The notes: generated by a model not told the origin, from the letters alone. 58,989 nt of DNA, filler included, from Sphacelaria rigidula (GCA_964200075.2; 10 parts of 10 records of this genome joined end to end with filler, not necessarily neighbours in it), one strand, 5' to 3'; shown: positions 24,982-37,450, numbered from the whole stretch's first letter. Numbers and translations: made by a program.

Positions 24982-25888
24982 GGCCGCTCCTTATAACAGA
25001 CAAAAATAAACACCTGGAAAAGTGCCTTTTTTGGAGCTGTTACGTCGTTTTACACCCCAAAACAGAGCTGGGAGGAGGTTGACACATTGAGGCCGCTTCT
25101 CATAGACTGAAAAAAAATCTGTCTGAGAAATGCCCTTTTGAACCTTTCACCTCGGATTATTGGCGGAATACGGGCCTTAGCGGAGTTGGCCCCCTCGGAA
25201 AGATTTGCTCTATTCTTCACGAAGATTCCAGCGCGCTTGTCCGATATTTCGTACTCCCCATTTTATTCTTGGCCGCATTCTGAATTTTTTCAGTCGCCGC
25301 GAAAATCGTCCAGTTGTCGGGGAGAATACGTACTTTTTGCCGACAACTCCAAGTTTTTTGAGGTGACTGACAAAATCCAGAATGCGGCCAAGAATGAAAC
25401 GGGGAGTACGAAATATCGGACAAGCGTGCTGGAATCCTCGTGAAAAATAGAGCAAATCTTTCCGAGGAGGCCAAATCCGCCAAGGCCCGTATTCCGCCAA
25501 TATTCCGTAATGAAAGGTTCAAAAGGGCAGTTCTCAGACAGATTTTTTTCAGTCTATAAGAAGCGGCCTGAGATGACGTGCTCTACTAGATGAGGCGGTT
25601 TCAGGACATCTTCCCGTTTTCCGGTGGCCGCAGTTTCTATTATGGTAAAACAAGATTTTTTGGCCAAAAATGGTAAAAAACAGTCAAGTCCAGAGAAAAT
25701 GTTCGGCAAAAGTAAAAACTGCGGCCACCGGAGAACGGGAACATGTCCTGGAACCGGCTCAGCTAGTAGAGCAAGTCATCTCAAGGTGTCAAGTTCCGCC
25801 CAGCTCTGTTTTGAAGCGTAAAACGACGTCACAGCTCCAAAAAGGCACTTTTCCAGATGCATATTTTCGTCTGTTATGAGGAGCAGCC
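24982..25888. mobile_element. Tourist/PIF-Harbinger-like palindromic MITE (outer), interrupted by a related MITE
   Basis: TIR GGCCGCTCCTTATAACAGAC.. / ..GTCTGTTATGAGGAGCAGCC; TTA target duplication (24979-81 / 25889-91). Confidence 0.9.
25091..25568. mobile_element. Tourist/PIF-Harbinger-like palindromic MITE (inner, 478 bp)
   Basis: TIR GGCCGCTTCTCATAGACTG / CAGTCTATAAGAAGCGGCC; TGA target duplication (25088-90 / 25569-71); arms complementary for ~230 bp. Confidence 0.92.
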
Positions 25889-26179
25889 TTATCTATAGGA
25901 CCCCCCACCAGAAAAAACGATGTCCTGTTGATTGTCCATACCAAATTTCAGGGTTCAACTCTAAGTAAAAAATTGCGAATTTGTCTTTCGAAACCCGGGC
26001 CGGCGGAAATTCCGAACGGTATTTCGCAGGCCTCCTACCGGCCCACGTTTGGTGTTGGTGTATTGAAACTTCGTGCGGGGGACCTCGCTAGGTCATGATG
26101 AATCAAGAAAAATGGATCAGGTTGGTTTTGATCCATTTTTTCGCTGGTTCAGGGCATTCTAGTATGGTCACGACCACTT

Positions 26180-26437
26180 TTTAAGTTTGCGCATGTTCGG
26201 GGTTTTGCGCGTTTTGTTCTTTACTGAGTGCGCAGAGTCGAGGTATGCACTCATTCGATAAAAAAACGCAGAATAATGGCCGTTAAAAGAAATATAACCA
26301 AAATCACACACGGCCCGCTGTGATCGACTACCTCTCGTTGTACGATGACGAAAGATTTTCGTTACACAGCTGCATCACCGTATGCCGCTGCTGCTGTATA
26401 CATCGTGTGTCCACTGCTGTAAACTGGAAACTACCGT
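26180..26437 (+). repeat. Left arm of a long imperfect inverted repeat (partner 28898-29190)
   Basis: e.g. GGCCCGCTGTG..ACGAAAGATT..ACAGCTGCATCACCG..CTGGAAACTACCGTA is the reverse complement of 28898-29100. Confidence 0.8.
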
Positions 26438-26649
26438 AAACAACGTTTTCCTGAGATTGAGAGTAGAGTGCTAATTGAGAGTGGCTTCGATCATTCGCTT
26501 CAACCCTCTTGGAAACCTCCCCTCCTGTCCCCTGGCCAAACGCCCTGTCATGAGAAGCCCTGACGAAATGGAAAACATGGTAACAGAATAGGACGACAGC
26601 AACCATTTTCATGATGGAAGACCGAAGAAAAATGTCCTCCCTGGAGAGG

Positions 26650-28000
26650 TCGGGTCACGTTTGTCTAATCATACCACGCAACGGATGAAGTGTGTCCGAT
26701 TGCATCCATCGACAATAATCAGCAAAACCACCATGAAACAGCAATGGCTTCCAGGGTACAACCAGGCACATTGGTATTTCAGCATTTATTTTGAAGATAA
26801 GGAAAGCACCGCTTTGACGGGCTGCAGCATCAGGTAGCGAAATTGTCAAGCCAAACCGTACATACAGCAAGCATAGTTTGGCTGAACCCAGCGAAATCCC
26901 GTCACCAAATGTGGAAGGCACAGTGGGTTGTGCGGGCGGTACATGGCGGGCGTAATCGCAGGCGTCCGCACAGGCAATATACATGCACACGGGATGGAGC
27001 CAACGGGCACCGCCTACCGTAGTCACGCCAGATGAAAAACACTGCAGTCAGTAAACACAACAGGTTACGGTATTGACTTGCGGCGACACTCCTTGCAAGA
27101 TAAATATACGCATATCAGTGAAAAGTCGGCCACAAGCGTAGACGGCACGAAACGATAGCCGTAGCCGGCGTCATGAATCTCATGCGACATGAAGTATGTC
27201 TGTGCAACGGTCGGGAACGACCAGCCCGCGGTATAGATGTGGTGGGGCAACTCTGCCTTGCCTTTCGCTAGGTTGCTGTGTAATAGACAACCCGCAGTAT
27301 GATGTCGGCACGTGCTGGGCAGAGCGCAGTTCTGTGCATGCCTCGCGTTTTACAGGGATATTTTCGAAATACGACACAGATATAACAAGAAGCAGTAAGA
27401 CATCACCCCTGGGGCGACGGCACTTGGCAGACCCAGCCTACACCGAAGTGACGGTGCATAACGGCAGGGCACATGGCGTCTGCGTCGCCTTTACGCATTT
27501 TTTCAAACGGCGGGATGGTCCTGTCGGAACCTGCATGAGCGCGATGTTGTGCATGACGTGAGTCTGCAGTCGAGATTACCCCAAACTGCTGATAACACAC
27601 CCAGTGATTTACAGGGCAGTATCGCAGCACCCTCGGCGGCACGGAAAGGTGTCTGCCTGGAACGTATTAGACCGCCAGTTCATAAATATGGCGATTGTGC
27701 CATCGGCGTTACCCTTGCTGGTATGACGCTGCAAAGAGTATAAACTGCAGCGGGAAGGGCGTGCAGGTCAGGCGGGAAGCGTGCTTCACAGAGGCTCGCC
27801 GCGCACTGTGGCCGGGGAAACTCACGAGTAAAGAAAAACGCCGACGGGTCCTGGACCTCGCCACGATGGAAAAATAGGAAAGTTCTTCTTGTTCCGTCGT
27901 AACTCGTACGGGTCTGAAAAATACGCGTTGGGTGAATATTGTTGTGTCTAGGCTGTGAACCATCAACCATATCTTCCTCAAAAACCGTCAATTGCAAATG
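26650..28000 (-). pseudogene. Possible highly degraded KDZ/CxC-type transposase remnant
   Basis: Fragments YDGTRRTFLFF..FFTREF, FPCRRGC, GWSFPTVAQ, CKEC and SGVTTVGG..HPVC in the order expected for CxC-KDZ proteins; many disruptions. Confidence 0.25.
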
Positions 28001-28252
28001 ATCAATTTTCTATTGAGTTCCAAAAGGGCCAACTTCGCCAATTTTCCATTCCGTGTGGGCTTTTATTTGCCTACATCACTGGCGTGTGCTGACAGCTACA
28101 CGTCGATACCTTACTCAGGGAAATCAAGAGCCTCAGTGGCAAGATACTACATACAGTATATTGCGCCTCGTTGAGGCGCGTTTCGGAAGTAAAATGGGTC
28201 ATTCACTAATTGACCGCTTTTCACTCTCGATCTCACGAAAACCTTGTTCATA

Positions 28253-28900
28253 GTAGGTTACAGAAGATACCACACCCTCAGCAGCGTTTTTCAAAGCTCG
28301 ATTACTCCACAACGAAGAGGGTGCCAACATCAAACGACACGTTTTGGAAAGCTCTCGACGGGATGGTTGGAACGCCCCCTAGTTCAGCCCCTACATCGCT
28401 TCTGGTAGGGAGTAGATGAGCTTTGACAATCAGTCTAGGGGATGTGATGTCTTATTATGCAACCTACAAAAATTGTGAACGAGGGTGCCAGTGTAGTGCT
28501 CGGTCTTGTACGCTGCGGCCATACCGATATGCATATCGGACCGGGAGTAAAGCTCGATACGATATTTTCAGAGTATCGATCCACAACCGGCGATGGTAAT
28601 ATTTTTGTCGACATCCCGAACATGACGCGATACGTAGCGAGTATAGATATTCGATACGATACGGCTGTTTTAGTATCGCCGCAGTGTACAAGACCGAGCC
28701 GTGCACCAGCACCCTCATCTACTATTACTGTAGGTTGCACAATAAGATACCACATCTCCCAGACAGATTTTCAAAGCTCACTTACTCCTCGCCAGAAGCG
28801 ATGCCAGGGCTGAAGTGGGCGGTGTTGCAGCCATTCCGTCGAGAGAAAGTAATCGAGGTTTGAACACCGCTCCTGAGGGTGTGGTATCTTAAGCAACCTA
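28253..28900. mobile_element. Large imperfect foldback element (~650 bp)
   Basis: 28253-28310 pairs with 28845-28900 and 28410-28524 pairs with 28672-28790; GATAC/GTATC-rich centre. Confidence 0.8.
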
Positions 28901-29545
28901 CGGTAGTTTCCAGTGGATAGCAGTAGACACAAGTGATGTACAGCAGCGGGCAGTGTGCAAATTGACATCATAGCAGCGGTGGCATGCGGTGATGCAGCTG
29001 TCTAATGAGAATCTTTCGTTATCGTGCAAGGGGTAGTTGAACACAGCGGGCCGGGTGTGGTATTGGTGATACTGTTTTGATTTCAACAGCCACTATTCTG
29101 TGTGTTTCGATGGAAAGAGCGCATACCACGACTCTGCACATTCATGAGAAAATAAAACGTGTCAAACCTCGAACACGCACAAACTCAAATGCGGGCTCGT
29201 TTTTTATAACGTTCTTCACTACCAATAACAGGAAACGTGGGCAGCATGCGTCAAATACTTATTTTTAGATGCCGAACAAAATAGATTTGGATGTCACCAA
29301 CCAAGAAAAAAAAATCATCACGACTCAAAATCACCAAATTCACGATTTCTTCGGCCTGATTGCCCGAAAGGGAGGAGAGATTTGATCGCTGGTCCAAGGG
29401 GAATCCACGCAACTTGTGCGCCACTCGAAGTGCGTGGGCGGGGAGNNNNNNNNNNNNNNNNNNNNNNNNNNNNNNNNNNNNNNNNNNNNTTAATTAATTA
29501 ANNNNNNNNNNNNNNNNNNNNNNNNNNNNNNNNNNNNNNNNNNNN

Positions 29546-29588
29546 ACCACTAAGGCAAGCAACAAATGAGTACGCCCCCCCCCCCCCC
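29546..29588 (+). mobile_element. LINE 3' terminus with C-homopolymer
   Basis: CTAAGGCAAGCAACAAATGAGTACG(C)13. Confidence 0.8.
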
Positions 29589-29591
29589 AAT

Positions 29592-30440
29592 AAGTTAGCC
29601 TGTACACCAATAATACAAGAGCATCTTCGCCATCGCGGACTGCGGTATCAGAGGCATCTCTGGTCTTTTCACAATGTAAGCCCTACCGCCATGCAACACA
29701 TGTTATCCTGCAGCCCGCGCGGCTCACGGCATGCCACCTGACCACTGGTGCGGTGGCTGACTCTACACTTGGTAACGTCGAGCTCAATGGCTTCGATACT
29801 AATGGTGGTGTTTGGGCCCGCTAGCCCCCGGTGCCCACTGAACTGTCACCTTCCTATCTAGGTGGTGAGTATCGAACCATGACATAGTGTCCAATCCGAG
29901 AAACTAACTCGGGTTTCCACAGCCACAATGTGGTGTACTGACCACTATACTAATTAGACAACATGAGGATGTTACAGGCTTATTGGTCATTGTCCAGTCG
30001 ATTAGGTTCCATGTGTCATACTTTGTCATGCTTGGTACCTGATGGGTCATACTTCATTGTGTGGTTGGATCGAGCCGGCTGCCCCCCTCTGTCACAGCGT
30101 TTTGGACTGTGTATCTCAACGAGCAAAGCACAAGTTAACCTGTACGCCAATAATACAAGAGCATCTACGCCATCACGGACTGCGATTTCAGAGGGTTCTC
30201 CGGTCTTCACTAAATGTAAGCCCTACCGCCATGCAACATATGTTGCTCTGGCGTCTGAGCGGCTCATCGAGTATGCAGCGCGACGCTGCGAACATGACTG
30301 GCTCTGCACTCGGTAACGTCGAGCTCAATGGCTTCGATACTAATGGTTGTGTTTGAGCCCGCTAGCTCCCGGTGCCCACTGAACCGGCGCCATTCCCAGC
30401 TAGGCGGTGAGTATCGAACCATGACATGGTGTCCAACCCG
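29592..30440 (+). repeat. Diverged direct repeat pair (~308 bp; 29592-29898 and 30132-30440)
   Basis: AAGTTA(G/A)CCTGTAC..CAATAATACAAGAGCATC..GGTAACGTCGAGCTCAATGGCTTCGATACTAATGG..GAGTATCGAACCATGACAT is present twice, ~540 bp apart. Confidence 0.9.
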
Positions 30441-31074
30441 TGCTTGTATAGTCAACTCCGGCATGATCCCCAAGAGGTAGCAGGTGCCTCCGTAAAAAAA
30501 TGTTTTGTGGGGAGGTTTGAGGTTTCATTTTGTCGCGTCACTTCATTTCTATTTGGTGAATAGTGTGCTTTGCACAAATGTGAGATAATCCACACAGCAA
30601 CATAGCCCTTCTTCCAACGAGTACGAAACAACACAACCGCGCTGCTTCACAGTTGCGTGTCCTCATTGGTTTCAATAGCAAAAATAATTGCACCATGGTA
30701 TGCTTGCACTCTCTTTTCGGATTACCTCAATCACGGTAGAGTACGCGGAGCAGTAAAGAGTAAGCACGGACTAGGTAGGCTTTGTCGTCCTGTCTGTGCG
30801 TGGTCTTGCGTTGTTTCCCGCTGCATTGCACTGCGTTACATACAACCCAAGCAGAGCGCCACCAACGACTTTGTGCACGAGTTCATCCGAGATGGTTCAT
30901 CAGCACGCCAGTTTAGACGTCCAAAGCAAGAGCGAAATAACGTAGCGAAAACAATTGGTAAAAGGCAATACGGTTGAACGAGATTGCACGAGTTCAACGA
31001 ACCAGAGGGTCTATAAATACTTCGGGGCGTTTTGGGACATCAAGTTCCAGACAGCTGCGGAAGCTGTGCAGCCG

Positions 31075-31206
31075 CGTTGTTGTTATCCGTTGTTGTGGTT
31101 GTTCGTTGTTTGTTCGTTGCGGTTTTGTTGTTGCTGCTGTGTGTGTTTTTGGTTGCTGCTGCTGTGCGTTGTCGTTGTTGTTGTCGTTGTTGTTGTCGTT
31201 GTTGTC

Positions 31207-31249
<43 letters not shown>

Positions 31250-31270
31250 GTTGTCTGTTCTCGTTGTTGT
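31075..31270 (+). repeat. Imperfect (GTT)n/(GTC) microsatellite
   Basis: Direct reading. Confidence 0.95.
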
Positions 31271-31287
31271 CTATTATTACTGTTGCT

Positions 31288-31538
31288 GAGTTATCCTACG
31301 ATAGGGGGGGGGGGTATTTTGGACCACCTCTTGCACGAAATTCCAAGAAAAATCGCTGCTGAAATCAGCAACGGTTTCTCGAACGAGCTTGTTACAGATA
31401 CATAACGCTCAGTCATACCGATTGACATCGTTCTGAACCAAATGCAAGCGCATCGCGAGTGTTGCAGGTCATCTGACACACTCATCATCCTTTTTTTTCG
31501 TACAACCAAATACCCCCCCCCCTATCGTTGGATGACTC
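31288..31538. mobile_element. MITE with G-run-containing TIRs (Mutator-like)
   Basis: GAGTTATCCTACGATAG(G)nTATTT / AAATA(C)nTATCGTTGGATGACTC; possible 10-bp TSD TACTGTTGCT / TGCTGTTGTT (8/10, low-complexity context). Other ends at 5753 and ~23066-23095. Confidence 0.8.
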
Positions 31539-32678
31539 TGCTGTTGTTGTTGTTGTGGTTGTCTAGTGTTGTTACTGCTGCTGCTACTGCTGCTGCTGTT
31601 TACACCGTGCTTTCTGCCACCCTGGTTTGCTGTTGTTGTCCCGCTCGTTGTGTTGTTTTTGCCTCTACCGCCTACTGTCGGCTGTACTTTTCTCGCTTGC
31701 TATCGCATCGCATGTTGTCATGTGTACGCATATTTTCCGCCCTCATGTTATTTTTGAACCTTGCCTCGATCTGATCGCACAGTTTTCGTTTTATCATTGT
31801 CGCCTGCATTGTATCACCTTCGCCTGACCTACACCTGTTCATCTATAATATCATCGCTGTACCTAACCAGCAATGATCGTGTTCCAGGCATTCTCCACAT
31901 TATTTCTGTATTTTTGTTGCATATTGAATTGGAACAATCAACCCACCATGATCAGTATGTATTTTGCATTTTTATTGTAGCCATGGGGGTTTGTGAAATG
32001 CACGTGCGGTAAAGCTTCCAATTTTTTCGGTCTTGACTGATTTTCTTTCATCATGCATTCCAATATTTTCTGCATCTCCGGGTGTCGTGTCTACCAAAAC
32101 TTTCTTTTGAGCCACCCGATTGTATTGCGTGTTTTATAATTTTGCGCCGCCGTCGTCTTGCTCTGTAGAGCTGCACGATTTTTCATTTCATGTTTTGGTA
32201 ATTTTGTATTTGGCGATCGTGATGTTTTTCTTTTGACCGTGCGGGTGTAGGCTATCTGCAGGGCCTTGTCTGTTGCGCTGCCTGTACGCATCATGCTTGA
32301 GCAGAATTCCGTTTGTAATCGTTTCATCTATCTGGTTCGCAAGGCCGAAACGCCGAATTTACCGCCCGGCACACGACACTTCGATCTGCGTCACGTGGTA
32401 TAAAACAGAGCCATATTTTCACGGACCCCAAGACTTTCAACGCATACTAACCGTGCCCTCTAATATTTCCGCCCTTGTTTCACCTACACTCTTGCCTTGG
32501 GTGTGTCACATCCCGATGAGGGAGCCGGCGCTGAACGTGATTGCTTTGGGGAGGACACGCAGGAAACACTGAACGGTTTGCTCATGACGGTATGTTTCGG
32601 CGTGGAGTGTCAGCAATCTGGTTTGGTATAGCTAATCCCGTGTACCTTTTTATAGGATTCTGGTGACAGGGTTATTAA

Positions 32679-33123
32679 CACAGTATCTTACAAATTGGTG
32701 ATGGATCTTTTTTTGGGGATGAGAAACCCGGAGAATTAAAATCTTCGTATCCACACCAAATCCTCGAAATATGGTTCCATTTCCTCACCTACTGATAAGT
32801 GTTAACAACTGCTACAACACGCTGTAGGAGTTTGGATTTCGATCACCGAAATGTTGAGGTCCTAGGTGAAAAACCAATTTCGGAATCATTTTGGCGTCCG
32901 TTCGGACACCCAGAATTCCCCCAAATGGTTCTTTCACCTAGGACCCCAACTTTTTTGTTATCGAGATCCAATTTCCTATGGCGTGTGTAGCAGTTGTTAA
33001 TAGCTACCAGTAGGTGAAAAGATGGAACCACATGTTGAAGATTTGGTGTGGATACGAAGATTTTAATCCCCCGGGTGTCTCATCCCCAATAAAAAATTCA
33101 TACCCAATTTGTGAGATCCCGTG
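32679..33123. mobile_element. Foldback MITE (~445-bp palindrome)
   Basis: Arms complementary (e.g. AAAATCTTCGTATCCACACCAAATC / GATTTGGTGTGGATACGAAGATTTT; GGTCCTAGGTGAAA / TTTCACCTAGGACC) around the centre GTCCGTTCGGAC. Confidence 0.9.
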
Positions 33124-33689
33124 TTTATTGCCTTAGTGTCACTTGACATAATCTCCATTTTTATCCCACTCTGGTGATCGATTGTATGGTTTGCTATTCA
33201 ACAGGTTGACTTCTTCACGCACCCTGTACCGTAGTTGACTACTACCTTGTCCCTTACTGATACCGTAGTTGGATACTACTTTGTTCAGTTGCTTTAAACT
33301 TGGCTTCCGGTACCATGCAACCACAAATATTTCCGTGCAATGTCTTGTCATTACTTATGATGCAGTACGCAGACTTGGTTCCCCTGCTCTACCTTTTTGC
33401 TCTTCATGCTCAGCGTACCATGCAAGTTGACTGCGCGACTACATACCTAGTCTTTGACAGTTCTTACAGACCCTACATATGGTTTTCAGACACTCATTCC
33501 GCTGATGTGGTCGCTGAGCCCCCTTGGGTGTACTCATGCACTGAATCCCCGTGGGGGGGGGCGAAGCACGCGTTCCATATTTTTTGCTGGTTGTTGTCTC
33601 GCGTGCTCACCCTTTGCCACAAAGCAACGCGGCCTCCCACCATAAGAACGCCGCATGATCAGAAAAGAAATGCACAAGCTTCTTGACCG

Positions 33690-33985
33690 AGGTGTTCCTC
33701 ACCCAACTTTCCCCGGCAAAGTTTGTCGACTACACGATTTTATGTTCGGTAAAATTCGCCAAGTTCGCCAAATATATCTTTACTGCAGGGTTTCACAGGT
33801 CCTTAGCCTGTTAATCAATAATACCGGCATACAACCAGCCCCCTCCAAACGCAACGCAACTGCTCAGACGTCACATCCATACAGTCGAAAAACTACGTTC
33901 GTTTCTAAACCCAGCGGGTACCTTGGACACTTTGTCCAGGAGCGTAGCATTCTAGTCGCCCCGCTGACCGACATTCTAAATAAGT
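33690..33985 (+). pseudogene. Ty3/Gypsy RT thumb/connection remnant
   Basis: LLINNTGIQPAPSK..A..(TVEKLRSFL)..GYLGHFV..SILVAPLTDIL matches the Gypsy GI.P.P.K..LR.FLG..GY.R.FV..APLT.LL pattern. Confidence 0.7.
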
Positions 33986-34744
33986 AGGAAAGCCAACAGT
34001 AATGCTGCACGATGTAGGTAAGCGCACGCTCTCCTTTTGCTGTCGAACTCATGTGCCGTACAACTGCAGCAAGACTTCACCACCACAATCCGGTCGTCTC
34101 ATGGTGGCTCAGCTAGGATATGGCATACGAACTAGAGACTCACCCAATGACCATCAATGTAAAACTCATGCATGTGAGATCATGTTTCTTGTCATTTCTG
34201 TGCTTTGTCTCCGTATATTTTGTACAACGTACCTCATTAATACGAAGTATATTTTTATTCAGCATGCCTTGTCGATTTGATTATCGCCATGATTATGTCT
34301 ACAGTTTCACAGGATTCGAAAACCTAGGGGGACGGCTGCTGAAAAGGTTACAGAATTGTACAAATCTTGGCCCCAGAGAGCGTACGTTTCACGCACACTC
34401 TTGCGCAATCGTACCCTACCCGACGACCCGACGCCATGCTACCGTCTGACACGTTTCCTTTCGAGCTCTGGACTGGCCGTAAACATTACACACGTACCAC
34501 CGCTGTCTCAAAAGCAAGATATTCCTTCCATATCCGCCCACCCCATTCAAAACACCTCATATCCAAAGTGTTTGCGTCCCACCTTGAGGGCGACCAAACT
34601 GGAACGCTACACCCACATTCCACCTGACCCCCGAATTTGTTCCCGTGTTGGACTGCATTGCCTGTATCTATCACCATGTTGGATTGTCGAGAACTCTACG
34701 TTGTTTCAGGCACTGACGGGTGGCGAAAAGGGAAAGACTTCAAA

Positions 34745-34980
34745 GGGGGGGGGGGCGTACTCATCTGTTTCGAGCATCCAAGTAATTTCCTTAGCTGCTG
34801 TAATCTGCACTGTTCCCAACTTCTTCACCAACTTCACTGCATCCAAGTATTCTCTGAGCTGTTTCAATCTGTACTGTTCCCAACTTCTTCACTAATTTTG
34901 TTGCATCCGAGTATTCTTTTAACTGCTGCCAGCTGCACTGTTTCCAATTTCTTCAGCAACTTCACCCCTTGCTTTGCCAT
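34745..34980 (-). mobile_element. Miniature LINE derivative: triplicated ~64-bp ORF2 segment fused to the LINE tail
   Basis: Units at 34774, 34839 and 34903 encode KL(V/L)KKL(E/G)TVQ..A...LGC-like peptides; directly followed by ACAGATGAGTACG(C)n on the minus strand. Confidence 0.75.
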
Positions 34981-35810
34981 CTCATATCATTCTTAGAAAC
35001 CACATTTTCCTCTACTCGTGATCACAGTGACCAAGGGTTTTCGACGGGTCTGACCGAAATATTCGGGCATCACCCTGTTCAACCTCTACCGTCGCCCTTT
35101 GAAGCTGCTCCTGTATCCTGCGCGGGGAAGTCCCGTGTCGACCACTTCCAACTATATCCCACAGTACTACCATGTGGTGGAGTGGTTGCCCGCAAGGACG
35201 TGTAGGCGAAGCTAGACTTAACTCCTTGAAAGGACCCGGCGCATAGCAGAAGAGGGAACCATTTGTTGTTTTCTACAAAATACAAAGTTCCTTTTCTCCT
35301 TTTTATTTTTGTTGGATTTTTGTATAACGATGATCCGCACCGGATGTCCCATTCNNNNNNNNNNNNNNNNNNNNNNNNNNNNNNNNNNNNNNNNNNNNTT
35401 AATTAATTAANNNNNNNNNNNNNNNNNNNNNNNNNNNNNNNNNNNNNNNNNNNNTTTATTCATTGTATTCTTCGTTGTTTCTTGCTTTCATGTATTTTGA
35501 CTCGTCGGGTGGGGGGGGGTGGGTGGGGGGGGGGGGGGGGGTATCAAGGCGACGAAGGACGTGCTTCTTATTCCTTGATTCCTCTTCAAGCTTGTTTCTT
35601 GTCTCGATAAGACGCCGTTTGCCGTGGTCGATTGGTTTCGCTTCAGACAAAATCATGGATGGTGGACGATACAAAACATCGGTGAACCTTCTCCGTCATG
35701 CTCAAATCTGTATTCTCGCAACGTTGCCCAGTTCATGACTACGTACCATCCAGTACCAATGCATTTATACATAAGAGTCTCCACTGCACTGCACCGTCCA
35801 CGCATTTCAC

Positions 35811-37147
35811 CTCGAAACCATTGGCACGACATCCGAGCGGAAAAACGCGACTTCCATCTTCTTCAGGTATAGCGGCATCGCCAGGATCAGTGAGTGCAGC
35901 GCGTCCAACTGCTCCGCCTTCAGCGCGGGACCAAACTTGGCCTGCACCCCCGTTATGATCTCCCTGCGGTCCAGCCGGTCGCACACGTCCGTAACGATGG
36001 GCAGGGCACTGCCCCACAGCCGCCCGGACTCGTCAGCAGCGCAGGCGTCTAGTAACGGATGCATTATACAATCTCGCTGGACACGCAGAGGGAACTCAGC
36101 CACCGCCGCGCGCACCGAAGTTAAGAAGGTCGCGGCCTCCGCCGGGTTGCGCCCCGGGATGCTGTCTATGTTCTTCAGAACCGTCACTTCGGTGCCGTGG
36201 AACACAGGGTTGATGGTCACGTTGCCCAGGTTCGGACGCGCGGTCGGATTTGTCTGCAAGAGCGACGAAACAAGGGGCTGCACCTCGCTGAACAGCGGGC
36301 TAACGTTGACCGCCCCCGGATAATTAAGCGTGGAGCAGAACGCCTGGTGTGCCTGGGGCGACGACTCGGTTTGAGCCAGACGAGCGCCTCGCGGGTCGTC
36401 TCTGCAGAGCTGATACATTAAGCAACCCAACGAGAACAGGTCGCTCGCGCAGGATACGTCGCTACTACCGGCGCTAGCGGTGGCCTCAGGGGAGGAGAAC
36501 GCCATCACCGGGTGTAATCGCCACGCGCCCTCGACCAAACCTCCCTTCGCTCCCGTCTGGAAATATGGGCAAGGAGTGGTGCCCGCACCGGTGGACGGAA
36601 GGTCTACGCTGAAGCCGAATCCTCCGAGCTTCCATTGTCCGTTCGGGGCCAGGAAGATGGACTCGGGCGCAATGTTCAGATGCAAGCGGCGCTTGATGGT
36701 GTGCACAAACTGCAGGCCTTCCACGAGCCCGTGAAACCCGCGAGCAGTCTCGTAGCGCTCGAACGTGCGGCGCAACATGGACGCCGTCTTCACCGGGAGC
36801 CCGCCTGTGGGGCCATCCCCAATCGCGTTGGCGAGAGAGCAGGCGACTCGCTCTGTCACGAACGCCAGCGCGGTGCGGCTTTCCTCGAAGGTCTCGACAT
36901 GACGGAGCACACCCGGGTGCGGTCGACCTGCCGTGTTGACCAATGTTAGAGTTTTGAGCTCTCGACGGAGTATGTCAAGAACCTGCTCTCGAATAGCTTT
37001 GTCGAGGTCCTTCAGTTCTTCCTTTTTAAATACATGCACGGACACGGGTAGGTTCGTGACTTTCTCCGTGGCCGAATAGATCTTCCACAGGCAAGATAGT
37101 CCGCCGGACGCGCTGGGTTCCTCGTCCATGTCATACTTTTTAGAGAT
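35811..37147 (-). CDS. SCYL2: SCY1-like (SCYL2/CVAK104-type) pseudokinase, exon 2 (kinase-like domain and start of HEAT region); gene continues beyond contig
   Basis: Acceptor TTTCAG|ATC, donor GAG|GTGAAA. ASGG..LWKIY..VSVHVFKK..HPGVL..EESRTALAFVTE..SL..GLQFVH..HLNIAPESIFL..WKLGGFGF..PE..SDLFSLGCLMY; lacks HRD/DFG, as expected for the SCY1 family. Confidence 0.9.
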
Positions 37148-37450
37148 CTGAAATGTGTTATGTGCAGGTCATGTACAGTCAATCGAATTGGGTAGGACAC
37201 GATGCATCATTATGTCGCAAGGCGAAGCATGAACGACATAATGCATGTTACAGGAGGTCATGGTGAGGAGCACTCGCTACCCCGGGCCGTGCTGGAATTC
37301 AGTGGCAACGTGGCCTTCGAAGTCTGCGCAGCACCCCCATGTTCTTTCACCAGGGGGCAGCAGGCGTAGACTCTACTTCTTCTCAAACTTCAATTCCATT
37401 CTGCATTTTGTGAGGCCAGTGCCTATAATGACTCATCCCTCGAAACCTAC

